DNA from: a virus
Lineage: Duplodnaviria > Caudoviricetes
Virus record (IMG/VR): IMGVR_UViG_3300016474_000578
Coordinates: 1-33,688 of that record
Reading direction: 5' to 3' (one strand)
DNA length: 33,688 nucleotides
Made by a program: the position numbers and the translations under genes. Below the pieces are notes generated by a model. That model did not search any database. It was not told the origin of the DNA and worked only from the letters and a program-made list of their open reading frames with translations. Position 1 is the stretch's first letter. Every line of letters starts with the position of its first letter. Shown here piece by piece: positions 9,832-19,013 of this stretch.

Positions 9832-10335
9832 CTACTGCTTGGATTGACTTGCCAAATACTGCCGCACCTGTTCGGGTGTGGCGGTGGCGAAGTCAAAATT
9901 AGAACTGCTTCCGCCTTTGGGCGGCGGGGTGACTCCGAGTGGAGTCTCTTTTTTCATGAAAGCGAGCAGGGAGTCGATGTCTTTTGCGATCTCGTCCTCG
10001 GTCGCGCCTTGTATCCTGTTTACAAGATCAACGGGTAAACCTTTTGAGGACGCCAGCTTCAACTTCATGTTGGTAACTTTTTCAGTGCTCAACTGCGACT
10101 GCAGATCTTCATACAATTTCTTGTAATCGCCCTGCTCTTTGAGCCGTTTCTCTTCCTCGACCTTCTGGCGGTCTTGAATTTCCTTGAACTGCTGCTCGAG
10201 CGTTTTGTATTTTTCGTTTACCTCTTTGAAACGCTCATAAGGAACCGGAGCCGGCTCCTGGGCTTGCGTCTGCTGCGGTTCTGCCTGCGGCGTGGTTTCC
10301 ACTGGGTCGCTGTTCGTGGTTTGGGTTTGTCCCAT
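9832..10335 (-). CDS. Capsid scaffolding protein
   Basis: VPYERFKEVN motif and coiled coil, upstream of the capsid gene. Confidence 0.85.
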   Translation of the reverse strand: MGQTQTTNSDPVETTPQAEPQQTQAQEPAPVPYERFKEVNEKYKTLEQQFKEIQDRQKVEEEKRLKEQGDYKKLYEDLQSQLSTEKVTNMKLKLASSKGLPVDLVNRIQGATEDEIAKDIDSLLAFMKKETPLGVTPPPKGGSSSNFDFATATPEQVRQYLASQSKQ

Positions 10336-10359
10336 GCAATGCCTTTCTGGTAAAAAAAT

Positions 10360-10457
10360 AAAAAAGCCCGCGTGTCTACGAGAGACACAGCGGGCTTTAG
10401 GGCTCTAGCTGTCTAACGCATCCACCGAGCGCAAAGGCGCGAAAGGTGGCACGCGGG
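10360..10457 (-). ncRNA. Structured leader RNA with intrinsic terminator, copy A
   Basis: Homologous to 18641-18737 with compensatory changes; AAGCCCGC..GCGGGCUUUUUU terminator. Confidence 0.7.
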
Positions 10458-10472
10458 TATGAGGTTTTTTTA

Positions 10473-10501
10473 TTTATACCACCATTCCAAATTATTCTCA
10501 A
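10473..10501 (-). promoter_or_regulatory. Sigma70-type promoter for the scaffold/capsid operon
   Basis: TTGAGA-17 bp-TATAAA with extended TG. Confidence 0.6.
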
Positions 10502-10550
10502 GCGCCCATACATTACATCAGTACTCATTTGGATCATCAAATAAGTACCA

Positions 10551-10587
10551 AAACAAAAACACCCTGCCAGCAACAGGGTGTTTTTGT
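10551..10587. terminator. Intrinsic terminator, potentially bidirectional
   Basis: aaaaacaccctg-7 nt-cagggtgttttt. Confidence 0.75.
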
Positions 10588-10669
10588 GACAAAGGAGGAG
10601 ATGAACAACCTTTGTGCGCTACCAGTAAATCGCGGTTGACAGAATGAGGGGTGCACCCTGCCAACCACT
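10551..10669 (-). ncRNA. Candidate small RNA (about 120 nt) with C-rich loops
   Basis: Own promoter, 15-bp G.U-rich hairpin, second hairpin with CUCCUCCUU, terminator, no ORF on this strand. Confidence 0.55.
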
Positions 10670-10675
10670 ATTTAC

Positions 10676-10703
10676 ATTTTACTGATTTAGATTCGAGTGT
10701 CAA
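10676..10703 (-). promoter_or_regulatory. Sigma70-type promoter of the candidate sRNA
   Basis: TTGACA-16 bp-TAAAAT. Confidence 0.6.
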
Positions 10704-10726
10704 TAAGCCCAACCGTTCTATTTTGC

Positions 10727-10906
10727 TTATGAGTTCTCGCGGCGAGGTTGTGTGGTTTGATACCTACTTCCCCCCTTCACCAGCTCATGGCGGTGACGGT
10801 AATACCAACGTGAACACGCCAGGCGCGCCCGCTCGTATTTGCAATCCTGGTTATCGCATGTAACACGCTTGCCCTTCGTGGGTCGGTGACAGTATTTGCA
10901 GGTCAT
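10727..10906 (-). CDS. Small zinc-finger protein (59 aa; not in the ORF track)
   Basis: ATGA overlap with the upstream gene; MTCKYCHRPTKGKRVTCDNQDCKYERARL. Confidence 0.6.
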   Translation of the reverse strand: MTCKYCHRPTKGKRVTCDNQDCKYERARLACSRWYYRHRHELVKGGSRYQTTQPRRENS

Positions 10907-11745
10907 GTTGTTTCAAGCACCGAAAAGCGCGGCAATGTGATCGAACCATCCGCTTTTATCTCATGGCGCACGCCGCCTATTTTGTTATTGCTAACAGGCG
11001 CTTTCATCCAGGCGTATGTTGTTTTTGCCTGCCACGATGGCAGAATAATTCCGTGCATCATGCGAAAATCCATTTTCTCGCGGTACACATGCACGTTATA
11101 GGTCGGGTTGTGAACGTGTCCGGTGTAAACAATATCAGGCGCAGCGCTTTTATCATTGACAGAATCGAAATAAATATTTTTGAGCCATGACTTTACGGGG
11201 TTTCCTTCATTTGCGCCATTGCCCCTGCCTGGGCCATGATGCACAAACCAAGAGGTCACGCCGTTGGTTTTCAGCTCGAGGAAATCCCAACAAAAGAAAT
11301 CGCCATCCGGCACCGCGTTCATTTCACGCCCGATATAGTTCTCAAACTCGTTGACGTGAACTTGCGTCCCGCGTGTGTAATACAGCTTGTCACTCTTGCG
11401 CCAGTCGATCCGCTTTTGGAACTCGACCATCAGCTCAATATGCAGATCGGCTTGTTCAACAGGGTCAAGCGTACAAACGTCACCGCTGTGATGATGGTCG
11501 CCGTCTATCGCGTCACCATCATGGATAAGTTCGATAGACTTGCCTTCGCGTTCTGCAAGAACCTTATCAGCAAACCGCTCAAACTCTCCGCGTATTGCGA
11601 TCTGAATAGAGCGCGGAATATGGGTCGTGTGCTTGCCCTGCCACTGTCGGTTTGGAAATAACGCGTAGTTACTACCGGAATGAAAATCACTTACAACAAC
11701 ACGCAAAACGTCGTGGGTCGTATTTTGTGTCTTTTTCTTTTTCAT
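10903..11745 (-). CDS. Calcineurin-like metallophosphoesterase
   Basis: VSDFH, GDAIDG, GTQVH, HHG, GHVH motifs. Confidence 0.8.
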   Translation of the reverse strand: MKKKKTQNTTHDVLRVVVSDFHSGSNYALFPNRQWQGKHTTHIPRSIQIAIRGEFERFADKVLAEREGKSIELIHDGDAIDGDHHHSGDVCTLDPVEQADLHIELMVEFQKRIDWRKSDKLYYTRGTQVHVNEFENYIGREMNAVPDGDFFCWDFLELKTNGVTSWFVHHGPGRGNGANEGNPVKSWLKNIYFDSVNDKSAAPDIVYTGHVHNPTYNVHVYREKMDFRMMHGIILPSWQAKTTYAWMKAPVSNNKIGGVRHEIKADGSITLPRFSVLETT

Positions 11746-12672
11746 TTATCCTCTTCGAGCCGTCGCGTGCGATGGGTAAATTTCCTCACGTGTTCCGGTT
11801 CGGTCGCGGGCTTCGATCTCAGCATTCGCCGCGTCTCGCATCTGCATCGTGCTGATTCCAAATTCCTCAAATTTCTCGTTGTATAAAACTTCGGTCGTCC
11901 TGCAATACCAATGGAATGGCGGGTCAGGCACGCGGTCACCAAATCGCGGCGTGCCCGTCAATTTGAACGGCTTGTCGAGTGGTTGGATCTGTCCATGCAC
12001 CCGCAGGCAACAATCCGTCGTCCGTTCATCAATGGTGGCGATGGCTTGCTTTTTGTACTCGGTCGCCGTCACAAGCTGGTTCATCGTCGCCAGATACGCA
12101 GCGATCAACCCGCTGGCATATGTCCACACGTCGCGGGTCTCCTCGAGCTGCGCCTCGTTACCAGACGAGCGCCACAAACTAACGCGCCCATCCCCCACCG
12201 TCTCAGAGACAAGCCGCGCCAGGATGGCGGCATCATCCGCGCCAGCCATCCGCAACCGTGCCGCCGCAACGTCGAGATTGCTCTCGAGCGTATCCAACCA
12301 AACCGGCGAAGACGTGAGAAACGCCTCCTCTCCGTCGCGCTGAATGTCCGAGTTGGATACCTCAAGCTGTGCCGGCTCCACAACAGGCAAGCCAGCCCGC
12401 CGCGCCATGTCGATTTGTTTACGCGTGTAATTGCCAACAGTGCGGCGAATGTCACGCCCTGCCTCACGTCCCAGCGCGGAAATCTCACGCCGCAACGACT
12501 GAATTTCACCCCGCAGCTGACCAACGGCAGAACGGCTCACGCCCTCGCGGGTGAGAATGTCAAGCCACGCCCGCCGCGCTTCACGCCGCTTGACTTCCAC
12601 TTGGCGCAAATACTCCGTCTCGACGGCGGTCAGCTTCCTGATGAACGTCGTTGCCACCTGAATATCAGGCAT
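11746..12672 (-). CDS. Minor head protein (Mu gpF/SPP1 gp7-like)
   Basis: DERTTDCCLRVHGQ and PPFHWYCRT motifs; follows the portal gene. Confidence 0.85.
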   Translation of the reverse strand: MPDIQVATTFIRKLTAVETEYLRQVEVKRREARRAWLDILTREGVSRSAVGQLRGEIQSLRREISALGREAGRDIRRTVGNYTRKQIDMARRAGLPVVEPAQLEVSNSDIQRDGEEAFLTSSPVWLDTLESNLDVAAARLRMAGADDAAILARLVSETVGDGRVSLWRSSGNEAQLEETRDVWTYASGLIAAYLATMNQLVTATEYKKQAIATIDERTTDCCLRVHGQIQPLDKPFKLTGTPRFGDRVPDPPFHWYCRTTEVLYNEKFEEFGISTMQMRDAANAEIEARDRTGTREEIYPSHATARRG

Positions 12673-13906
12673 TCACACCCTCGGCATTGCCAGCGCCGCG
12701 CCGCATGTTCTCAAGCTCGATTTGCGCCATTTCCAGATCGATGGCGTCCTTCGGCATGATCGGCAAGATCGGGCGCTCTGCATCCAGGATGAGCTGCGGG
12801 TCGTCCAATGGCGCGATCTCGCTCAGTCCCAGCCGTTTTGCTGCAACGCCAGCGATCTGCATGGCTTCGACCATGGCGCGGTCATAGTTCGGGCGCGTGC
12901 GTTTGATCTTCAATATCAATTCCATAAGCTGCAGTTCGAGCGTTTGGGTCGCAACCTGCCCCGCCTTTTTCAGTTCATCAAACGACAACTCCGGCAGCGC
13001 CTCATGCACACCGCTCTTGATCTCGCGAATGAACTCCAACACGCCGTTGATGTCAATGTCCGAGGCGAGAAATTCTGCACTTGCGCCAGCCGGCAGGAAC
13101 CACGCAATATCACTACCGCGCTGCAAGTCAGTCGGCTCCGCGCCAGCAATTACCGTCTGCGGCTCGTCATGGCGCTTGATGATGCTCAACAATCGGGTCG
13201 CCATGTCGTTGGTCTCGTCCAGGAGCGTGATGGCTTTTTGGTAGGTGCATTCTCCGAGATCTGTCCCATCGTTGATGTGGACACATTCCACAATCGGGAT
13301 TCTGCCCTGCGTGTTTTCCATCACCGCGTCTCGACCATCGTAACCAAACGGCTCGCCTGCCTTGAATGTGGTGATCGTCTGTGCGGTGATGACCTCAGCA
13401 TATTCGTACAACTTGCCATCGTCGCCGGTTCGGGTCTCGATCCAGAATGCCATGTCAGGACGGTCAGAATACAATCCGCTGTACACCAACATAAAACGGG
13501 TCGGGTCAGCAGGCGAAACGATCACGCTTCCGTTATCGCTCACACGCAAGCCGCTCACGCCATACACCGCGCCATAATGCACGAACAACACGCCGTTGGT
13601 GTCCCATTTCGACGCATCAAACAGCGCATCCCGCGCCGGTTGCCACGTTTTTGAGCGCGGGTCTTCTTTCGGGAACGACCATCCACTTGGGATTATTCCA
13701 GCGTCCACATCAACGGCACGTGCAAAAGGCAAAAACAACGGCTTAATGCCGCCATTCGCCTTCGGTCCCAAAAACCAAAAATTGTCCTTGGTCTTTTGGT
13801 AGATACTGCCGTCGTAATATCCGCCGCGCGCAGAAAGTTCCTTCTGGCGTGCGTCCCATTGTTTTTTGTAAGGCTTGAACTGCGGTAAATTAAAAACAGA
13901 ACTCAT
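12665..13906 (-). CDS. Portal protein
   Basis: 413 aa directly after the terminase; GRIPIVE..HIN motif of SPP1 gp6-like portals. Confidence 0.85.
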   Translation of the reverse strand: MSSVFNLPQFKPYKKQWDARQKELSARGGYYDGSIYQKTKDNFWFLGPKANGGIKPLFLPFARAVDVDAGIIPSGWSFPKEDPRSKTWQPARDALFDASKWDTNGVLFVHYGAVYGVSGLRVSDNGSVIVSPADPTRFMLVYSGLYSDRPDMAFWIETRTGDDGKLYEYAEVITAQTITTFKAGEPFGYDGRDAVMENTQGRIPIVECVHINDGTDLGECTYQKAITLLDETNDMATRLLSIIKRHDEPQTVIAGAEPTDLQRGSDIAWFLPAGASAEFLASDIDINGVLEFIREIKSGVHEALPELSFDELKKAGQVATQTLELQLMELILKIKRTRPNYDRAMVEAMQIAGVAAKRLGLSEIAPLDDPQLILDAERPILPIMPKDAIDLEMAQIELENMRRGAGNAEGVNA

Positions 13907-15234
13907 GACTCATACTCCTGTAGCATCCGCTCAACCTCGCTCTCACTGCGGGTCGGCTGGCGCTTGATGGTGGGTTGTGGCTTGCCATATAGATCGACCT
14001 TGTGCGCCTGCGCCTTTGCGCCCTTGCGCTTGATATATCCGATGATGTACCGCTCCGCATCCAAAAGGTGAAACGTCGCCTTGTCTGCGATCCGTTCTGT
14101 CGGTTGGTCGCGGTCATCCAACTCGCGGGCGTATGTGTGTTTCTGGTCAAGGTATTCATGCAGATCGTTGAATACGATGATCTCATTGTTGGCGTGCGCC
14201 TCGTAAACGCGGTCAATGCCTACCTCCACCATTTTGATATCAGGCTCACGCACGGGCAGACCGTTGGCGCGGAACTCTGCACGCCAGTTCCCTTCACTCT
14301 TGGCACCGCCAACACAGAACGGGACACGCGGCTCGCCTTTCATGATGGCTTGCACATGCGCCGCAACGGAAAACCCGCCACTGTGATAAGTCCGGTATAA
14401 AAACATTCGTCCGCTGCGCGGCTCTTTGGCGTAGAAACAAGCCGCAAGGTTCACAAGACCGAAGTCAAGCCCGATGTATCGCTCCCAACTTGCAGGGATG
14501 TTGAAGCGCGGGCAGGTGTGTAACTCGTCGTCGAAATTGTCATAGATCAATCCGGCAGGACGTGAAAAATTGCCGTTGTAAAACATCTCGAACTTCCATG
14601 CCGGCATGGTCTTTTTGCGCTCGTAATATTCGTCTTTCGGGAACGCCGGATTCATGATGCTCTTGAATTGGATGACGTCAATGTCATCGTCACCCGCTCG
14701 CCAGCGGTCAAACACCAGCGTCTTGAGCCAGCCGAGGTTGTAGGGGGTCGTCCCCGCCAGCAACCGACCACGCGCCAGCGATAGGCGGCGTATGATTGCC
14801 TCATACGCTCCAACGCCGAAACGGTCTTGCCCACACTCGTCCAGGATGGCACCCTTCGCCGTCGCAGACTCAAGCCCACCCTCGGCATCTGCCGAGCGGA
14901 GAATGATTCTGGAAAACATGCGCGGCTTGTATTGCTTGACGATCATGCGCTCGCTGGGTGAGTACTGCCATCCGAACAGGTCGCAGAAAAACCGCTGCAT
15001 TTCCGGCAGGAACTTGAGTTTCAGCAGGTCATACGTCGCAGTCACGGCAAGATAATCGCCCTCCCCTCGTGCGAGTATTTCCCGATTGAGTAGCAACGGC
15101 AGAAACGACGTTTTGCCGCTTTGCGTGCCGGCGATGATGAAGACCTGCCGGCGCGTGCTATCCCATGCGCGGGTTTGCCCTGGGTGCAGGCGCACGGTCA
15201 CTTTGCCGTTGTGTACCGCAAGGAGGTCGCTCAC
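13903..15234 (-). CDS. terL: Terminase large subunit
   Basis: HPGQ, Walker A AGTQSGKT, Walker B ILDE, TTP, nuclease IGLDFG and HLLDAERY. Confidence 0.95.
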   Translation of the reverse strand: MSDLLAVHNGKVTVRLHPGQTRAWDSTRRQVFIIAGTQSGKTSFLPLLLNREILARGEGDYLAVTATYDLLKLKFLPEMQRFFCDLFGWQYSPSERMIVKQYKPRMFSRIILRSADAEGGLESATAKGAILDECGQDRFGVGAYEAIIRRLSLARGRLLAGTTPYNLGWLKTLVFDRWRAGDDDIDVIQFKSIMNPAFPKDEYYERKKTMPAWKFEMFYNGNFSRPAGLIYDNFDDELHTCPRFNIPASWERYIGLDFGLVNLAACFYAKEPRSGRMFLYRTYHSGGFSVAAHVQAIMKGEPRVPFCVGGAKSEGNWRAEFRANGLPVREPDIKMVEVGIDRVYEAHANNEIIVFNDLHEYLDQKHTYARELDDRDQPTERIADKATFHLLDAERYIIGYIKRKGAKAQAHKVDLYGKPQPTIKRQPTRSESEVERMLQEYES

Positions 15235-15593
15235 TCGCTCGCCTCTCCGCTTTTGATTACTTCGATAATGGTCGGCTTTACGGTTTCGCCGTTACTGGTC
15301 ACATCCAGACGGTCGCTGTATCCTTCGTCACGCCCATCCTTGCTGTTTTTCAATTGCAAGGCAATCGCCCAGCCTTCGCCGCGTTCAATGGCTTCGTCTA
15401 GCTTGTACATGGCTCGCTCGGTTCGGCGTTTCTTCCAATGACCGATAACCTCACGCGCTTCTTCGCTTTCGGCTATATACCGTTCGATGGTAGGGAAAGA
15501 CACACCCAAAATCTCAGCCGCGCCGGTCTTCAACCCGTGCGACTGCTTGAGTGCCTCTACCACTTGTTCGGTTTTTAGCTTCTTTTTTGCCAT
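15231..15593 (-). CDS. terS: Terminase small subunit (HTH)
   Basis: N-terminal HTH (GAAEILGVS); C-terminal DRLDVTSNGE; directly upstream of terL. Confidence 0.75.
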   Translation of the reverse strand: MAKKKLKTEQVVEALKQSHGLKTGAAEILGVSFPTIERYIAESEEAREVIGHWKKRRTERAMYKLDEAIERGEGWAIALQLKNSKDGRDEGYSDRLDVTSNGETVKPTIIEVIKSGEASE

Positions 15594-15603
15594 ATAAGAC
15601 TCA

Positions 15604-16932
15604 TTAATCGATTAATTCCGGCGTAATCCCTGTCGCTGTGTAGAAGCGTTCGAGGATGACAGCACCGTATTTCTCGCTCAGTTCCATTGCGTAACAGCGG
15701 CGGTTTAGGTTGTGGGCGGCGATTATGGTTGTGCCACTGCCTGCGAAGGGTTCGGCTGTAATGTCGTTCTCGCCTGTCATAGCCTCAATATATTGTTGCG
15801 GCAATGTAACGGGCATGACTGCGGGATGATATTTTGTCATATCCCTTGCTTGCTCATTTATCAGAGTTGAAACAGTCCCTAATTGCCTATGAGAGCGAAT
15901 AACTAAATTTTTACCCTTCTTTACGCTTCCATCAGTCTGCCTATTGCTCGAATGGTCGTTATACTCTCCACCGCTTTTGTTGGGGATAGTTAGGTTTAGT
16001 TCTTTCCTGCTCCTGCCGAAAACGAAAATAAACTCGTGCTGAATTGCAAACATAGCCGTAATCTGCGCCATCGAAAAGCCCGCGTCTTCTCTATTCCAAA
16101 CATTCCACGATAAAAACTTATATCCGCTATCTTTTGCGGTCTTTATGTAATCATTCCAATACTCAAATATTTCGTTTTCTTTTCTTTGTATTCCTAGATT
16201 GACAACCTGATAATTGCAGAAATCAGAAAAAGCATGAATAAACCTTACGAGATTCTCTACACCTAAATCCCCGCCTTCGTAATCCCGCATATCTGAATAA
16301 GGCGGGCTTGTAAACAATAACTCCGCCCTCTCCCCGCCCATCAGCCTTTCGACGTTCTCCCGCACCGTACAATCGCCAATCAGCAAACGATGCTCCCCCA
16401 GCCTCCACAACTGCCCCGTCGCCGTTTTCCACTTCTCCGCCAGTTCCCCAGCGCGGTCAATCTGCGGCTCTGCGTCAACGGGTTCGACCGTCTCAGACTT
16501 GAGCAATTCCTTCAAGTTATTTGCATCGTTGTTCCATTGCTTCAGCGTATCCGCGTTCATGCCCCACGACTGCAAATCGCCAGCGTTCCAGCCGGAAAGC
16601 TGCTGCCAATTCCATTCACCCGTCGCGCCAGTGTGCAACGTAATAATGAGTTCCTTATGCTCTGCTTCCGTCAATTTGCGGTCTGCGACCATTGCGTCCA
16701 TGACGTGATCCGCGCCGTACACCGTCAACCACGCGCTCAAGCGTTGGTGTCCATCCAATAACAGATAACGCCCGTTCTCCTCAGGGTTGAGAAGGAACGG
16801 GACAGGCTGCCCGAATTTTGTTTCCGAGTCAATGATCCGCTTCGCTTGCGCCTTCGTACTCATGCGCGGGTTTCCTTCCCACGCTGCGATCTGCCCAAGT
16901 TTTACGCGGACGGGTGTCCATTTTGGTTTCAT
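15604..16932 (-). CDS. ParB-like N-terminal domain fused to N4C/N6A DNA methyltransferase
   Basis: NPR..LLDGHQRL (ParB-N); TSPPY catalytic motif, HPAVMP, EPFAGSGTT SAM-binding motif. Confidence 0.9.
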   Translation of the reverse strand: MKPKWTPVRVKLGQIAAWEGNPRMSTKAQAKRIIDSETKFGQPVPFLLNPEENGRYLLLDGHQRLSAWLTVYGADHVMDAMVADRKLTEAEHKELIITLHTGATGEWNWQQLSGWNAGDLQSWGMNADTLKQWNNDANNLKELLKSETVEPVDAEPQIDRAGELAEKWKTATGQLWRLGEHRLLIGDCTVRENVERLMGGERAELLFTSPPYSDMRDYEGGDLGVENLVRFIHAFSDFCNYQVVNLGIQRKENEIFEYWNDYIKTAKDSGYKFLSWNVWNREDAGFSMAQITAMFAIQHEFIFVFGRSRKELNLTIPNKSGGEYNDHSSNRQTDGSVKKGKNLVIRSHRQLGTVSTLINEQARDMTKYHPAVMPVTLPQQYIEAMTGENDITAEPFAGSGTTIIAAHNLNRRCYAMELSEKYGAVILERFYTATGITPELID

Positions 16933-16937
16933 CTGCT

Positions 16938-17072
16938 CTATCTTTCTCTTGTCACACAAAGCGTCTCACCACACCAACAACGCGCAAAGGCATGGTCGCA
17001 CTCAAAATACTTAGGCGGCTTGAAAACGTGACCAAGCCAGCCATGCACCCGACGGATTGCCCTATGAAGCAT
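16938..17072 (-). CDS. Possible small hypothetical protein (44 aa)
   Basis: Fills the gap and overlaps both neighbours; Cys/His-rich. Confidence 0.3.
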   Translation of the reverse strand: MLHRAIRRVHGWLGHVFKPPKYFECDHAFARCWCGETLCVTRER

Positions 17073-17856
17073 GTAAAACCACTCCATACGGCGCACCCGC
17101 CGACTTGATAAACTCATCCCACGAATAAACCTCGATCCGGTTCGGGAATGGGTTATACACCTCCACCCCACCGTAGCCCGTCCGCTCAGGAATAACATCA
17201 GTCACCACAACCCAATGCAACACACCCGAAGGCTTGAGCCTGCCGGTGTGCTTGTCGATCCGCACCGAAACAATCGCCCGCCCTGCAATCGCCTTGAGTC
17301 CGCTCACGGTATAACGCGCTCGAGCAACCACCGGATCGGTCAACACCGAAGCCAGCGAAACAGAATGACGGTCAAACGCCGTCAGCATAGATTGAACATC
17401 CGCCACGCCCGTCCCTCGCGCCTGCTTGCTGCTGAATAGATTGAATACACTCTGATAGATCTTCGGCTCGTCCTTCTGCCATTCGGCTAAAACGTCCTCG
17501 AGCGATACACCAAGCACATACGCGGCACATAATTGCCCGCATAAATTGACCTGCTTGACGCCGTGAACGAGCGCGAATTGTTCCGCGTCCGTTGGGTCTG
17601 CGGTTGCACTTGAGATCTTCACGCAGTTGGACGGCAGGTTTTCGATGTACCCTTCGAGAAAGCCGACATAGACAAAACCGGTATATTTGCGGGTCGCCGT
17701 CGTGTACGTCACCATCTCGCGCTCGATCATGAGATAGCCGGAGGGAAACATTTCGCTCCACCCGTCCGCCTCTACGATGGTGCGTTCAGGCACGACGGTT
17801 ATTTTTTTCCCGTCGTAGTCGTACATCGGAGCCGTGGCATTGACCCATTTTTTCAT
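17062..17856 (-). CDS. C39-like cysteine peptidase, putative endolysin
   Basis: Q..NLCG, HWVVV, VYNP motifs; SH3-like N-terminus; near the holin gene. Confidence 0.7.
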   Translation of the reverse strand: MKKWVNATAPMYDYDGKKITVVPERTIVEADGWSEMFPSGYLMIEREMVTYTTATRKYTGFVYVGFLEGYIENLPSNCVKISSATADPTDAEQFALVHGVKQVNLCGQLCAAYVLGVSLEDVLAEWQKDEPKIYQSVFNLFSSKQARGTGVADVQSMLTAFDRHSVSLASVLTDPVVARARYTVSGLKAIAGRAIVSVRIDKHTGRLKPSGVLHWVVVTDVIPERTGYGGVEVYNPFPNRIEVYSWDEFIKSAGAPYGVVLHAS

Positions 17857-18158
17857 TTTGGGGATGGGATGGAAAACGCAAAAAAGACCAGGCGAATAAC
17901 AACATCACCCAACACCAACAACGTGATGGCGTTGATCTTCGTCTCCCAGCCGAGCACCTTGTCGCGGATGGCGACAAATCCAGGCTTGCCGTTTCCCAAC
18001 AAAAGCTCATGGTCTTTTGAGACAGTCTCGTCAATATGCTTGCGACTGGCAAGTTCAAGTTTTATTTCCGCCTGCCCTTTGCTCAGGTCGTCAAGCCTCT
18101 GGATCAACCCGTCATATTGCTCTTGTGTCAGTACAATATTTTTTTCTGTTCTTGGCAT
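17853..18158 (-). CDS. Coiled-coil protein with C-terminal TM helix (lysis module)
   Basis: Start MPRTEKN with AAGGAG RBS; LLGNGKPG motif; hydrophobic C-terminus. Confidence 0.65.
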   Translation of the reverse strand: MPRTEKNIVLTQEQYDGLIQRLDDLSKGQAEIKLELASRKHIDETVSKDHELLLGNGKPGFVAIRDKVLGWETKINAITLLVLGDVVIRLVFFAFSIPSPK

Positions 18159-18285
18159 GATATTGGCTCCTTGATCCCCCGCCCTGTCGCCGTGACTCTG
18201 GATTCTCGCGGGCGAGCGTATCGGGCGGGGGTCGGTACAGCCTGTCCGTTTCATTGCGCAGAGAGCGGGACAGACCAGGAGTACC

Positions 18286-18615
18286 CTACGCGAGCAGGCT
18301 CGCCGCCTTGAGTTTTTCATGCGCCAAGTTGGACGCAAGCATCAAAAGCAAGGCATTGACCAATTTCAAAAGCTCAGGATCAAATCCGTCAAGGACAGAT
18401 ATATATTGAGTAATATCCACGCCAAAGAAGTGCACAACAAAGAACGCCACCGCTGCCGCAAAGATGAACGTCAGTCGATTACGCAGACTCAGCCACTCCC
18501 ATTTGGCGGTGACCATGTTCCAAAACACCTTCAACAATTCAATGCCGCGCTCGGTCGAAAGACCCAGCACCAACAACGCCACGAGCAGCTTTCCAAGTTC
18601 GATCAAAATATCCAT
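18286..18615 (-). CDS. Putative holin
   Basis: 109 aa, 2-3 hydrophobic helices, first gene of the late operon, AAGGAG RBS. Confidence 0.65.
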   Translation of the reverse strand: MDILIELGKLLVALLVLGLSTERGIELLKVFWNMVTAKWEWLSLRNRLTFIFAAAVAFFVVHFFGVDITQYISVLDGFDPELLKLVNALLLMLASNLAHEKLKAASLLA

Positions 18616-18640
18616 GGTTTCTCCTTATGATGTAGAAAAC

Positions 18641-18737
18641 AAAAAAGCCCGCGCACCTTTGGAAAGGTACAGCGGGCTTAAGGCTCTGGCTGTCTGGCGG
18701 TCTGCCGAGTGTTTGATCACGGAGGGCAGGACGCGGG
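18641..18737 (-). ncRNA. Structured leader RNA with intrinsic terminator, copy B
   Basis: Homologous to 10360-10457; TATAAT at 18758-18753 just upstream. Confidence 0.7.
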
Positions 18738-18782
18738 CTTGATTTTTGTGTGATTATACTCTCGATTTTCCAACGATGGAAA

Positions 18783-19013
18783 TTATACGCTCCTTGAGAA
18801 TGACCCCTGGTTAGCAGATACAACCCCGTCGAGGTCGCCTTCCATGCCGCTCCATAACTCGAACTGCTTGAGCTGTTGGTCTGCTTGGTTCTTATACCGC
18901 CGATGAGCAGATCGGGCAGCGCCAGCTTTCTCACGCACGATCACCAGCAGCATGGACTCAATCGCATCAAGCCGATTCTTGACCTTCTCAAATTCTGCGA
19001 GCGTCACTTCCAT
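18783..19013 (-). CDS. Hypothetical protein (candidate late regulator by position only)
   Basis: 76 aa, GGAGG RBS, last gene before the late promoter. Confidence 0.55.
   Translation of the reverse strand: MEVTLAEFEKVKNRLDAIESMLLVIVREKAGAARSAHRRYKNQADQQLKQFELWSGMEGDLDGVVSANQGSFSRSV

Noticed and set aside
8856-13654. Long plus-strand ORFs (8856..9743, 11911..12759, 12722..13654)
   Set aside because: Antisense shadows of the capsid, minor head and portal genes with no recognisable motifs
18165-18285. GC-rich hairpins between the holin and the next gene as a third leader copy
   Set aside because: They lack the AGACAGCYAGAGCC linker and the terminator; probably local mRNA structure
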